A stretch of DNA of 64,000 nucleotides from Ginglymostoma cirratum. Its lineage: Eukaryota. The first letter of the stretch is position 1. Each line of letters begins with the position of its first letter. A program made the translations under genes and the position numbers. Below the pieces are notes generated by a model that did not search any database, had not been told where the DNA came from, and was given only the letters and a program-made list of their open reading frames with translations. The DNA lies in NCBI GenBank assembly GCA_024137785.1, contig JAHRHZ010000058.1:33151646-33215645 (forward strand), read 5' to 3'. This document shows positions 52,311-64,000 of the stretch, piece after piece.

Positions 52311-52873
52311 CGAACAGGAGGACTTATTTGGACAGGGAGAACTGGTAGATAAATAAAAGCAAAATACTGCAGATGCTGGACATCTGAAACGAACAAAATT
52401 CTGGAGAAATCCCACAGACCTGGATAGCATCTGTGGAGAGAGAAACAGAGTTAAGATTGAGTCCAGTATGGTGATTCTTCAGAATTTAAAAAAAAATTCC
52501 AATTTTTTTAAGTATGCTCTCAACAAAGAAAGCAATCATTCTTCCCCTCCCCTCCACTTTCAGCGTTCCACAGGCACCATTTCATCTGTGATATCCTGGT
52601 CCATTCCTCCACTCTTAACACTTCTTTCCTCCTCTATTGTGTGCCTTTTTGCAAAATCACAGAATAATGTAGTAATTCCCCATTCACCTCCTCCCTCCTC
52701 ACTGTCCAAGGCCTCAAACATTTTACTCGTAAACTTCTTTCAATCCAGTCCAATACATTCATTTCTCGACTGCGTACAGTCTCCTCCATATTGTCGAGGT
52801 CAAATGCAGACTGGGTGATCATTTTGCACAATAACTCAACTCTGACACTTCAGCTGCTTGCCATTTCAATAAA

Positions 52874-53627
52874 CCATCTTGTTCTCATACTAACATTTCT
52901 GTCCTGGGCTTGTTGCATTGTCCCAAGAAAGCACAAGACATGCTTGAGGAACAACACTTTTTTGTTCATGATGGTCAACTGTTGGTTAGGCCAGCATTTA
53001 TTGACCATTGCTAAATACCCAGAGGATAGTTAAGAATCAACCACATTCCGGGGGTCCGAGGTCACTTGCAGGCCAGACCAGGTAAGAATGGCAGACTTTC
53101 TTCCCAATATGGCATTAGTAAATCCGATACAACAATTGACAGTGGTTACATGGTTGCAATTAGTTAGCTCCTTAACTCCAAAAAGATAGCAAGAACTGCA
53201 GATGCTGGAGCCTATAGCCCGATGGCCCAAATATGGAATTCACCAGCTTTAAAATCTCCCCACCCCTGGCCTCATCCCATGTCCGACTTTCCCTCCTTGA
53301 CCTAACACAACCTGTCCATGATAACAAGCATGGGGCTGGATGAACACAGCAGGTCAAGCAGCATCATAGGAGCTCGGATTTACTAATGCCTTATTGGGAA
53401 GAAAGTCTGCCATTCTTACCTGGTCTGGCCTGCAAGTGACCTCGGACCCCCGGAATGTGGTTGATTCTTAACTATCCTCTGGGTATTTAGCAATGGTCAA
53501 TAAATGCTGGCCTAACCATCAGTTGACCATCATGAACAAAAAAGTGCTGTTCCTCAAGCTTGTCTTGTGCTTTCTTGGGACAATGCAACAAACGCAGGAC
53601 AGAAATGTTAGTATGAGAACAAGATGG
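52874..53627. repeat. 254-bp inverted repeat (52874-53127 and 53374-53627)
   Basis: Arms are reverse complements with only about six substitutions. Confidence 0.95.
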
Positions 53628-54005
53628 CTCCAGAGGAGATAAAAAACAGGTACCACAACCTGTCCATCTTCTCTCCCACCTATCCACCCCCTGACCAACG
53701 CCACCGCTCCCTACCTGCACTCAACCACCTTCTCCAGCCCCATCCCTCTTCTCTCTATTTCTGAGCTCCCTTTCACCTCCTCATTTCTGAAGGAGGGTCC
53801 CAATCGGAAATGTCTACTTTCCTGCTCCTCTGATGCTGCCTGGCCTGCTGTGTTCCTCCAGCTCCACACTGTGTTACCTCTTTAATTCCAAATTTGTTTT
53901 TGATTGAGTTCAAATTAAACCATTAGCATGGTGGGATTTGAACCTATGAATTTCAGAACAGTAGCCTGGATTCTGGATTACTAGTGACATTACCACTACA
54001 CCACC
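52985..54005 (-). mobile_element. tRNA-headed SINE split by the PLE at 53184-53881
   Basis: Tail GGCCAGCATTTATTG at ~52989 and head GGGATTTGAACC...ACCACTACACCAC at ~53932-54005; TSD TTAA(C/T)TCCAAA at 53172-53182 and 53882-53892. Confidence 0.8.
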
Positions 54006-54379
54006 CCCACACTCAAATTTCACTTAAGCACTTCACAGCCTCAGGGACTCAATATTAAATTCCACAGCTTTAGACCCTGACTGCATGGTGGCAGTTCTCC
54101 ATTTTTTTTTAACATTTTCTTCCCACTCTCCCTTACAGCCTTGTGTCTTGTTTACTTTGCTCTCAGTAGAAGGGATCCTTTCTCTAGCTTCCAGTCCTCA
54201 GTTTTTACTCATTTCACATCTTTTTTCTCTTCACCACCATTAACAATCCTTTTGTCTTTTGCACTAGGCCTACTCACCATCTGTTCTCTTCGCCCCTCCT
54301 CTACCTCCATCAAAAAGAATTAGAAAAGAAACCATCTTCCAGCCCCTATTTGAGGAAGGATCCTACTGGATTTGAAATC

Positions 54380-54684
54380 ATAGAATGCCCACAGGCCCAA
54401 CAAATCCAAACTGACTCTCTGAAGAGCATCCCACCCACCCCACCCCTGTAACCCTGCATTTCCCATGGCTAATCCACCTGATTTACACATCCCTGGACAC
54501 TATGGACATTTTAGCATGGCCAATCCACCTAAGCTGCACATCTTTGAACAGGCAGGAGGAAAGCCACACAGATCCAGGGAGAACATGCAAACTCCACACA
54601 GACAGTTGTCTGAGGCTGGAATTGAACCCAGGTCCCTTGTGCTGAGAGGCAGCAGTGCTAACCATTGAGCCACCGTGCTGCCCC
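54380..54684 (-). mobile_element. HE1-type V-SINE
   Basis: Reverse strand: GGGGCAGCACGGTGGCTCAATGGTTAGCACTGCTGCCTC...GGTTCAATTCC...TGTGTGGAGTTTGCATGTTCTCCC. Confidence 0.9.
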
Positions 54685-57677
54685 ATGTTAACTCTGTTTT
54701 TCTCTCCATGAGATGTTGCCAGAATTCTGGGGTATTCATGATCTTGCAAATGGCCATTCAGTAGTACTTTTTAAACATTATTGGAATGACCTATGGTGGT
54801 CCTTTTCACCACATAGCTCCCTCACAATTGCAATGTCTCCCATTCAGTCAATACCCAAAGATTGAGAAATTCTAAGTAATAACTGCTTCAAAGTGCTTGG
54901 CTGTACCTTTGAACAAATTGCACTGTTGTCGAAAAATTCTGTTATTTCAACAATCGAAACGTGCATAATTTAATTCAGCACGTTTTATGTGGGATTGCTA
55001 ACCAACTGCTTACTGACACTTAAATTTCATCACGTTAGCCTCAGGCGAAGAAACAATAATAAATAATATAATTAGAAACTATTTTAAAAATCATACTTTG
55101 CACAAAATAAGACAGGATCGAGACAAAAAAAAACTCCCATTATTTACTCCAGAGTATCTGCATTCTTTAATCTTGCTTTGTTTTATGGTTATTCAATCAA
55201 GAAACTTGATTACTGTTTTCATTAACTTTACCATTGTAATTTAACTTTTGGTTTTCCAGCAGCTCAAGGGATTCTGGCTGTTTAATAACCAAGCTCATGT
55301 GTCCTAAAATTGAAAAATGACCTCATATTACTGTATCATATCTTTAGGGCTTGAAACTCTTCATAGTTTGCAGGTGGTTTGAGAAATTATTGATGATAAA
55401 GCATGTTGCAACTAAATTGCATCCATATTTAAAAACCAGGAGAAGCATATAATTTGCTTATGTTCTTTATCTCCCAACTAAAATTGAGGCTTAATTGATA
55501 AATAAACCTCAGTTGAGAATTCATCTTAAATTCTTATTTTCAAAAAATATCCCCCCACTACTGTTGGTTCACAATGACAGAAAAAAATCAGATGAAAATC
55601 AACAATTTGAACTTAGTTTTGCGATGTGCAAAAGCACAATCCAAGGTGAATGTTATAACCAATCCTGAATGCACTTTTTTGGATGTTGCTGAGATTTGTG
55701 GTACCTCTATGGCTCTGTACTCTGTAAACAGACTCAAGGCTCATGATTCTTGTAGCTGCGTGAGTGAAATTCTTTTCGTGCAGTAGTGCAAGATAGGCAA
55801 TAATAAACGGGAACAGCAATCAGACAGCATCGAAAACAACCTGCCGATTCACTCAAACCCAAGACAAATTTCACCACTCTCATATTTCAGCCTCATTTGT
55901 CCAAAATATGCTAGCAGTGAAAACTCAGAAAAGCCATTAGCTGTTATACCACTTTCCTTCATTCCGAGATCAGTAAATAAGGTACGTGGGGACAATCAGA
56001 AGATTGCAAAAAGATTCTCAACGAATGAGGAAGGTTGGAGGAAACATTTGGTCGAAGCAAAATGGCTTTAAAAATTCAGATCCAATTTGCTTTGTGAAAA
56101 AAATATTTTGGTTCATTTATGTCCTGAAACTGGTAACTAAAGTCATATTTTTATTTTTAATCTTTTTATTTTCAGCACTGAGACAATTAGCTGGCCTTTT
56201 TTCTTAAATAATTTATTACTTCCTCTATAGAGGCTAATAACTTTAAAATAAGTTAAATTCAGGCTTCCAGTTAGCAGTGGAGTAGATGACGCAATTTCAC
56301 ATTTTAAGATATCTTTTTCTTTCAGTTTTTCCAATGGTATGTGGGCTGCCACAACACTGGTTGATTACCTTGATGTCAACCCTCATTTCAATTTAGTAGC
56401 TGATTTTACAGTCTAATGTCATTCCAGTCACTAAGCTTCATATTTTAAATGCCTACTGGATAAGAAAAGTCTAAAAGCACCTTTGACTAAACATTATTTT
56501 CATAGATAACTTCTAAAGTACAAGAAGGAACACGCCACTTTTCCGTTTAGCAGAACCAAAAACATGTGACAAATGTACTTACTGCCATCTTTTTAGGAGA
56601 GATTCAATTCTCCTGCAATTTGTCCAAGGCAATTTTTACCTCTAAGCATTTGCTCTGTTCTTTTCCATTCCTAACCGAGAAACTGAATTGACTTTCATTG
56701 GAAGGTTTTGCTCACTGGAAATTCTTTCCCCTGGCACAAGTTCAGCAAATGTTCCATTCTCATTTTAACGCCTCATGAATTTGATCTTTCATTTTGAGTG
56801 CAAGCTCGCACCTGTACGGTTAAACACAACTTCATGCTATCTTCACCTGCCTTCTTGTCCCGGAAACTTGCAAACTAACATTGTAAGTTTTCAGGTATAT
56901 CTTGGATCCTCCCATTTTCAATGCCTAAGTACAGCAAAATAGTAATCACATTGACCATGTATCCAGGTAGAAATGCTGATTAGCTATCCTTGAGAACTCA
57001 AATTCCTTTTCTCTTCATAGTAAATGGATAGTTTATTATCTGACATTCCCAGTATTTTTTTGGAACCTCACTGTCTACCCACTATTAGCACATTAGCTGC
57101 TGCCATTGTTGTAAAATGAAAACACCTCACAGCTTTTTCCACAGTAAAACAATTCCTGCTCTTTTAATTTCCAACAGTCGAATTGCCCAGGCACGCTTAT
57201 AGGCAGATTTTTGAACAAGTCATGTAACCCCTTTCATTTGATTTTAAATTAAGGACATTCTCATAAATCTCAAAACTTGGGAAAAACATTCAAATTTGGA
57301 TGCCAGGGACACATTTGCTAATCTCTAATTTTGCTGGCCCAAGAGGAAAGGAGAAACCAATGATATAATTTGGTCTAACTCCCGGCACCTGTTTTATAGC
57401 AGCAGCCTCATGTATGGGTTATTCTAATTTGGTGATCTAGCAGTAAAGTAAATTGAATGACAACTGTTAAACTCCTGGGATAGAAATTGGTTCTAACTCA
57501 TTTTTGTGGGCCTGGCATCCCTGTAGAAAACTCTCGACGAATCAGAGGTCGAGTTTAAAGCAGGAATTATTCATTTGTATCCATAAATTCATGTCAGTTA
57601 CAGCTACATCTATTGTGTGACTGATTCAATATAAACAGCCTAATTAGACCTACTTGAATTAGATTTCCCTTAGGGTT

Positions 57678-57906
57678 AGAGATAAAAGGTACTGCAGATG
57701 CTGGAGAATCCGAGATAACAAGCATGGGGCTGGATGAACACAGCAGGTCAAGCAGCATCATAGGAGCAGGAAAACTTGACGTTTCGGGCCTAAACCCTTC
57801 ATCAGAAATGGGAGAGGGGAAGAGGGTTCTGAAATAAATAGGGAGAGAGGGGGAGGTGGATAGAGGATGGATAGAGGAGAGGATAGGTGGAGAGGAGGCA
57901 GACAAG
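57678..57906 (-). mobile_element. Young PLE family A 3' fragment (long terminus) with intact hammerhead core at 57778-57805
   Basis: Nearly identical to 40068-40260; CUGAUGA-A-GGGU(UUAG)GCCC-GAAAC-GUC. Confidence 0.9.
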
Positions 57907-58489
57907 GGTGCCTGGTTGTCTGCCAGAGAATTGAGAACTAGGCACTGTAAATCTGCTTCTTCAGCAACATACTGAATGCAGCACAAGATAAAGGATCACC
58001 ACTCGAGATGGTTTATTGTATGTTGCCATCCCAATTTGATCATACATGAGTAAATACTTGACAATATCCTAATAATTACCTCCAAGACAGCCACTTAATA
58101 CACCAAGCATGGACATATTTGATTGTAATTGTTAATATTGTAGAGACCATATTACAGATTCATTTCAACTGCTCTGGCTTTTCAACTGTAAAATATTATT
58201 GGATGCAAGGTACTGTCCTTTGCCCCTTGTGATATTTCATAGCCACTGCAACACAACCAACTGCCATCAACCAGAAATATTGAATAGAATCTTAGCAGTT
58301 CTGGAAACGTAGTTTTGCAGAGGTGATGGGGGGAAGCCAATTAAAATTTTGGAACATTGTTTATCAGGTCAATGACCTAAAGCCTTCCCACCTCCAAGCA
58401 AAGCTGCTGCAGGAAGGGTGAGACTACCTGAAGCCCTCACCATCACATGCTGGGAGTTAGCATTGACCAGAAACTAACTGGACAAATTA

Positions 58490-59010
58490 CATAAAATAGA
58501 ATGCCCACATTTGGAGGCTGGGAATTATGTGGTGAGTTATTTCCCACAATACTGAACGTTGCCTATCTCCTTGGATAGTACAACTCCAACAGCACTGAGG
58601 AAGCTTGACGGCAAACATGACAGAGTAACCTCTTTGTTTGGTACCCGTCCTGTGTCTTAAACAATTACTCCTTCCACTGTGGCATCATGATTACAGTGTG
58701 CAACATCTATAAGTTACATTGCAGCAAGTTACCAAAGCTTCTTCAATGGTACCAACTCAAAGAGCAAGGGCAGTCAGCACACAGGGACACAACCATCTAC
58801 AGGTTTCCTCTAAGTGACACAACATTCCAATTTATAAATATATCACCACCTATACTTTGCCAATAGCTCATAATCCTAGAACATCCTCTTTAAAACAGTA
58901 CAGTGGGTGTCCCATCATTATGCGGACTGCAACGATTCAAAGCAGCTTGTAAGCACCTTCTCAAGGGCAATACTGGGGCAATAAATTCTGACCGGATCAG
59001 TAACCCCTTA
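58490..59010 (+). mobile_element. Old LINE 3' end (same group as the 36010 LINE; tail shared with the tRNA-headed SINE family)
   Basis: Ends CACCTTCTCAAGGGCAA...GGGCAATAAAT, matching the SINE tail. Confidence 0.55.
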
Positions 59011-59074
59011 CATTGCAAGAACAAATATAACTAAAGAAACAAGTAGAATTTGATACCAAGCCACAGAAGGAAAT

Positions 59075-59180
59075 ATTGGAAAAGTAAAACTAATACAGAT
59101 GCTGAAAATCTGAAATGTAAACTGAAAATGCTGGAAATACTTAGCAGGCCCAGCAACATCTGTGGAAAGAGACAATGTTA
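59075..59180 (-). mobile_element. PLE family B tail remnant
   Basis: CAGATGCTG.AAATCTGAAA...AAAATGCTGGAAATACT.AGCAGG...GCA.CATCTGTGGA.AGAGA. Confidence 0.65.
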
Positions 59181-60061
59181 GTGGGCTGGATTCAATACAA
59201 CCCATTATGGTGGAAAACATGGCAGTCAAAGCCATCTAATGGTTGGAGTGACCCTATGTTCGTCTCCCAGTGACAGCTAAAACTTCCACCGATTCAATGA
59301 GACGGTAGGAGGAGTTGACTTGAGATCTGCAGATGCCGCTGATGGATGTTAGTTAGGCTCATTAATGATTGCTGATTATGAACATAAACAATCACATCTG
59401 TATTTTGGATATATTCTAAATATCTATCTTGCATGTCTTCTTCATAAACTATTATAGTGCTCTATGTCCTGCTATGCCAAACTGCTAAACATCATACATG
59501 TTTACTATATTAGCCTACTAGCCTCCACAGCTACCTACAGATTGGCTGCTCCCCTCTACATGTTGTCATTCAAGATTTTGTGATCAAGTGCCAGACAAAC
59601 GTGTAGCTATTTGTTTGTTCCCCCTCTATTGGTTATTTCACACAGAATGTTCCTGAGATTAATTCCTCCATTTGCTGTGTTTTTGCAACTTGAAGACAGG
59701 AGGCAGCTGTGCCACGTTATATCCAGATGTGTTGATGGGTTTAGGGCTGACTGCTCATCATTTTCCTTTGTTGGTGTCTGTATCGGTTCCTATAAACTGA
59801 GGGTTGTTATGACTCTTTGTGGCCCCAGAACATATGCGATGATTGGGAAAGGGAATAGTGAGAAAAACCACACTGGCTAAGAAAAAGGAAATATTACAGT
59901 TGTAGCATATAATAATGAAATGGTTAAGGAAAATTCTTCTACAGAAAACCATGTCACAGATTTTACAAAGTGGTTTTAAGGGGCTGAATTAGCAAGTGGT
60001 GCATTTGAGATCTTTTAACCTAATAAAATTAAGATACCATAAACAATTATGTATAGCTTGC

Positions 60062-60824
60062 TAACAAGGTGTGGAGCTGGATGAACACAGCAGGCCAAGC
60101 AATATCATAGGAGCAGGAAAGCTTGACGTTTCGGGCCTCGACCCTTCATCAGAAATGGGGGAGGGGAAGAGGGTTCTGAAATAAATAGGGAGAGAGGGGG
60201 AGGTGGATAGAGGATGGATAGAGGAGAGGATAGGTGGAGAGGAGGCAGACAAGTCGAAGAGGCGGGAATGGAGCCAGTAAAGGTGAGTGTAGGTGGGGGG
60301 GTAGGGAGGNNNNNNNNNNNNNNNNNNNNNNNNNNNNNNNNNNNNNNNNNNNNNNNNNNNNNNNNNNNNNNNNNNNNNNNNNNNNNNNNNNNNNNNNNNN
60401 NNNNNNNNNNNNNNNNNNNNNNNNNNNNNNNNNNNNNNNNNNNNNNNNNNNNNNNNNNNNNNNNNNNNNNNNNNNNNNNNNNNNNNNNNNNNNNNNNNNN
60501 NNNNNNNNNNNNNNNNNNNNNNNNNNNNNNNNNNNNNNNNNNNNNNNNNNNNNNNNNNNNNNNNNNNNNNNNNNNNNNNNNNNNNNNNNNNNNNNNNNNN
60601 NNNNNNNNNNNNNNNNNNNNNNNNNNNNNNNNNNNNNNNNNNNNNNNNNNNNNNNNNNNNNNNNNNNNNNNNNNNNNNNNNNNNNNNNNNNNNNNNNNNN
60701 NNNNNNNNNGGCCCGAAACGTCAAGCTTTCCTGCTCCTATGATATTGCTTGGCCTGCTGTGTTCATCCAGCTCCACACCTTGTTATCTCGGATTCTCCAG
60801 TATCTGCAGTACCTTTTATATCTC
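60062..60824. mobile_element. Young PLE family A with inverted termini spanning an assembly gap
   Basis: Minus-sense tail at 60062-60309 (hammerhead 60125-60152), plus-sense tail at 60710-60824; TSD ATGTATAGCT (60049-60058 and 60828-60837). Confidence 0.85.
60310..60709. other. Assembly gap (400 N)
   Basis: Run of n characters. Confidence 1.
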
Positions 60825-60924
60825 ATCATGTATAGCTGTGCTGCTATCTCCTCAATGGAGTTCAAACATGGTAGTCGCATTCTGAATCTCTGTAGATAAG
60901 TCTGTTTGAAGAAACCCTTTAAAC

Positions 60925-62390
60925 TCAGAGTCATAGGGTTACACAGCATGGAAACAGACCCTTCGGTCCAACTCATACATGCCAATCAGATATCCTAAAT
61001 TAATCTAGAACCATTTGCCAGCATTTGGCCCATATCCGTCTAAACACTTCCTATTTAAGTACCCATCCAGATGCCTTCTAAATATTGTAATTTTACTTGC
61101 TTCTGACACTTCCTCTGGCAGCTCGTTCTATCCATGCGTCTGAGTGAAAAAGTTACACCTCCAGTTCCTTTCAAGTCTTTCCTGTCTCACCTGAAACCTT
61201 TGCCCTCTAGTTTTGGACTCACCTACCCTGGAAAAGACCTTGGCTGTTCACCACATCCATGTCCTTCATGATTTTATAAACTCCTACGAAGGTCATACTT
61301 CAGGCTCCAACATTTCAGGGAATAAAGCCCCAGCCTAATTAGCCTGTTCATGTCGCTCAAACCCTCCAGTCCTGGCAACATCTTTGTAAATCTTTTCTGA
61401 ACCTTATGAAGTTTAACAACATCTTTCCTCTTGCAGAGAGACCAGAACTGAATGTAATATTTCAAATGTGGCCAAACCAATACCTATACAGATATAAAAT
61501 GACATCCTAACCCCTATACTCGATACACTGATCAATTACAGCCAAACATACCAGACACCTTCTTCACCACCCTGTCTACCTGCTACTCCACTTTCAAGGA
61601 ACCAAGCACCTGCACCCTTGGATCCCTTGGTTCAGCGACACTCTCCAGGGTCCTACCATTAACTGTATAAATCCTGCCCTAAATTGCCTTACCAAAATGC
61701 GACACTTCACATTTATCTAAATTAAACTCCATCTGTCACATCTCGGCCCATTCGTCCATCTGGTCAAGGCCCCATTGCACTCAGAGATAACCTTCTAAGC
61801 TGGTCACTATTTCAATGTTGGTGTCATCTGCAAACTATATAAATGACAAAGAGCAGTGGACCCACCATTGATCCTTGTGACACATTGCTGGTCACAGGCC
61901 TCCAGTCCAACAAAACAAACCTCCACCACAACTCTCTGTCTTCTACCTTCAAGCCAATTTTTTATCCAATTGGCCAGCTCCCACTGAATTTAACCTTGTC
62001 AATCAGTCTACCATGTAGAACCTTGTTGAAGGCCTTGATGATGTCCATATAGACAACGTCTACTGCTTTGCCTTCATCTACCTTCTTTTGACACTTCTTC
62101 AAAAACCTCAAGCAAGTTAATGAGACACAATTTCCCATGCACAAAACCATATTGACTCTCCCTAATCAGTCCTTGTCTTTCCAAATTCACACAAATCCTG
62201 TCCTTCAGAATCCCTTCGAGTAATTTACCCACCACCAGTCTATCGTTCCCTGTATTTCTTTACCACCTTTGTTAAATAATCACACCACTTTAGCCAACTT
62301 CCAGTCCTCTGGCACCTCACTTGTGGCTATTGATGATATAAATACCTCAGCAAGGGACACAACAATCTCTTCCCTAGCTTCCCACAATCA
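60925..62390 (-). mobile_element. CR1 LINE fragment with internal deletions
   Basis: VDEGKAVDVVYMD..KAF.KV.HGRL and RLGLYSL motifs; CAGAGTCATAG tail. Confidence 0.9.
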
Positions 62391-63303
62391 CCGTGACACT
62401 TTTATTTGTTTTTAAACTATTCACAGATGGATTTTCTGTAGCCAGTCTCTTCCCTCAGGGTTGGGACCTGGTTCTTGCACCACCATTAAGGGGAGTCAAA
62501 CTGCCTGCTGCCCATGCATAACCAGGGTTATGGTAATATACAAGGTCTCCCCGGTGCATATGGCCTATCTAGCTTTGGAGTCTTTCAAGGTTAAAGGCAA
62601 GATGGCCCATTGGATTTACCTAAAGGTTTGCTCCCCATGAGACCACTTTGGGAGCAGTTCACATTTTGCCTGTTTCAGTAACCTTGTCTGTGGTGAACTC
62701 TATGACCACAAAAGTGGAATGGATGTTCTACTCCTCACTGGATTATGGAGCAACTTCCCATCCAGTTCTGGAACCTTGCAGCCTCTGACTCCAATGCACT
62801 TCCTTGGCAGTCAAACGGAGCCACAAGTGTTGTCGCTGGGAACTTTTCTGAGCTGTCTGGAGGTAGCCCATTGCCGAGGACAGTATTGTTCATGGACCCC
62901 TGAAAGTCCTGATCCCCTTCTGCATTTTCACAAAAAAAAGGCCAGTACCGTGGCTTTCCTTTAAGTCCAGATTTGCTTCAGTGATTAATTTCCTTTGGGT
63001 CACAACATTGTTAATGCTACAAATTAAGCAATGCCTTAACATTTCCCAAAGTGTTGACCCTTGCTCAGTGTTCTGCCAATTTCCAGCCTCATCAAGACTT
63101 CAGTTACTGGTTCCTCAGGAAGTCTATTTGCTGTGTTAAACTTTTAATGCTGCAATATAAACAGATAGATAGCAGACCGCTCTGATACCAAACTATCTGT
63201 TTGTCAAAAATAATTTTGGGGCTGCAGGTGGGTTAAACTCTTTATTATGCTGGAAGTTGAGACGACACAAATGGTCAGATAAATGACTTATTGTCAGTGA
63301 TAC

Positions 63304-63424
63304 CATTTTTATCCAATTAGTCTGAAAAAAAGGTATCTTTTTCTCAGCGTAGTCCACAACTAAATCATGAGGTCCCAATTTCCCAAACAGCTTCATTTCC
63401 ATTACTTCCCCATCACGGTCGTAC
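63304..63424 (-). CDS. Candidate internal coding exon of an unidentified host gene (YDRDGEVMEMKLFGKLGPHDLVVDYAEKKIPFFQTNWIKM)
   Basis: Acceptor CCTTTCAATGATCCAG|G, donor ATG|GTATCA (non-optimal); 121 nt; only one frame open; protein-like composition; non-repetitive context. Confidence 0.55.
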
Positions 63425-64000
63425 CTGGATCATTGAAAGGCAAGGCTATCCAAAACTTTAATTTCATCACCAATTTAATATCTCAGAAAGCTTGACTGGA
63501 AAGGACCATCGTCTATTGCTGAAGTGAAAATAGAGCCACTACCTGTGGTGTACATTGGCTAGTCCAAGCCAGAGACCGATAATTCAGCAGATCCATCCCT
63601 GTGCCTGCTTTTTTCCTTTTTACAATACGCAGAATAATAAAACAATACAATATAACATACAGGAAAGGAGCAATTACAGTTCTGCAGACATATTCCTGGG
63701 GCTGCTCTTTAAAAGATACACACTTTCAAGACCGCAGCCAGACTCAGCATGAAACGTAGGAGACCAACAAGACAAGACAGTGCAACATAAATTGAAAGGT
63801 ACAGAATTCAAGACCCTGTAGACGTTTTATCAAGGCCTACAGAAGGACTTGATGCACATATTAATGTATGGACTTCTACTTAGTATAGGCAGCTTTTCCC
63901 ACGTGAATGCATTCTTCTCAATCAATTACATATTCATGCATGTTTAAAACTTCAAAACATTTTATGAGTGTTCAAGTCCCACAATCCACCAGGACCTTTT

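Larger units (their letters stand above)
52350..54740 (+). mobile_element. Old PLE (family B) with inverted 5' tail, hosting nested SINE, PLE and HE1 insertions
   Basis: Inverted tail at 52350-52485; GIY-YIG-like remnant at ~52740-52970 resuming ~54010; 3' tail split by HE1 between ~54379 and ~54685. Confidence 0.7.

Noticed and set aside
60105-60899. Four ~200-aa ORFs
   Set aside because: They are artefacts of translating through the N gap.

Overview
Repeat-dense vertebrate genomic DNA, almost certainly from a cartilaginous fish: it carries HE1/V-SINE and DeuSINE-type SINEs, abundant CR1 LINEs and shark-type Penelope tails. It is probably intronic. No complete host gene is visible. The best host-coding candidate is a 121-nt minus-strand exon at 63304-63424, which I could not assign to a gene, plus two weaker small exon candidates. 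Nearly all long ORFs in the track are fragments or antisense shadows of CR1, L2, Penelope-like (PLE, GIY-YIG), Gypsy, Tx1-like and Harbinger elements. The most interesting signals are: (1) about 20 PLE 3'-end insertions from at least four families, many retaining a minimal hammerhead-ribozyme core with covarying stems and 10-17 bp TSDs; (2) stacked Tx1/L1-like 3' ends at one motif (the TATA-like box) of a Gypsy LTR, with the other LTR keeping the empty site, suggesting LTR-targeted retrotransposition; (3) a PLE insertion that copied 254 bp of its own flank in inverted orientation inside a four-level nest; (4) an in-frame CR1-RT/GIY-YIG chimera produced by nesting. There is one 400-N assembly gap, lying inside a PLE with inverted ends. 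All family assignments come from motif recognition by eye; no database search was run.
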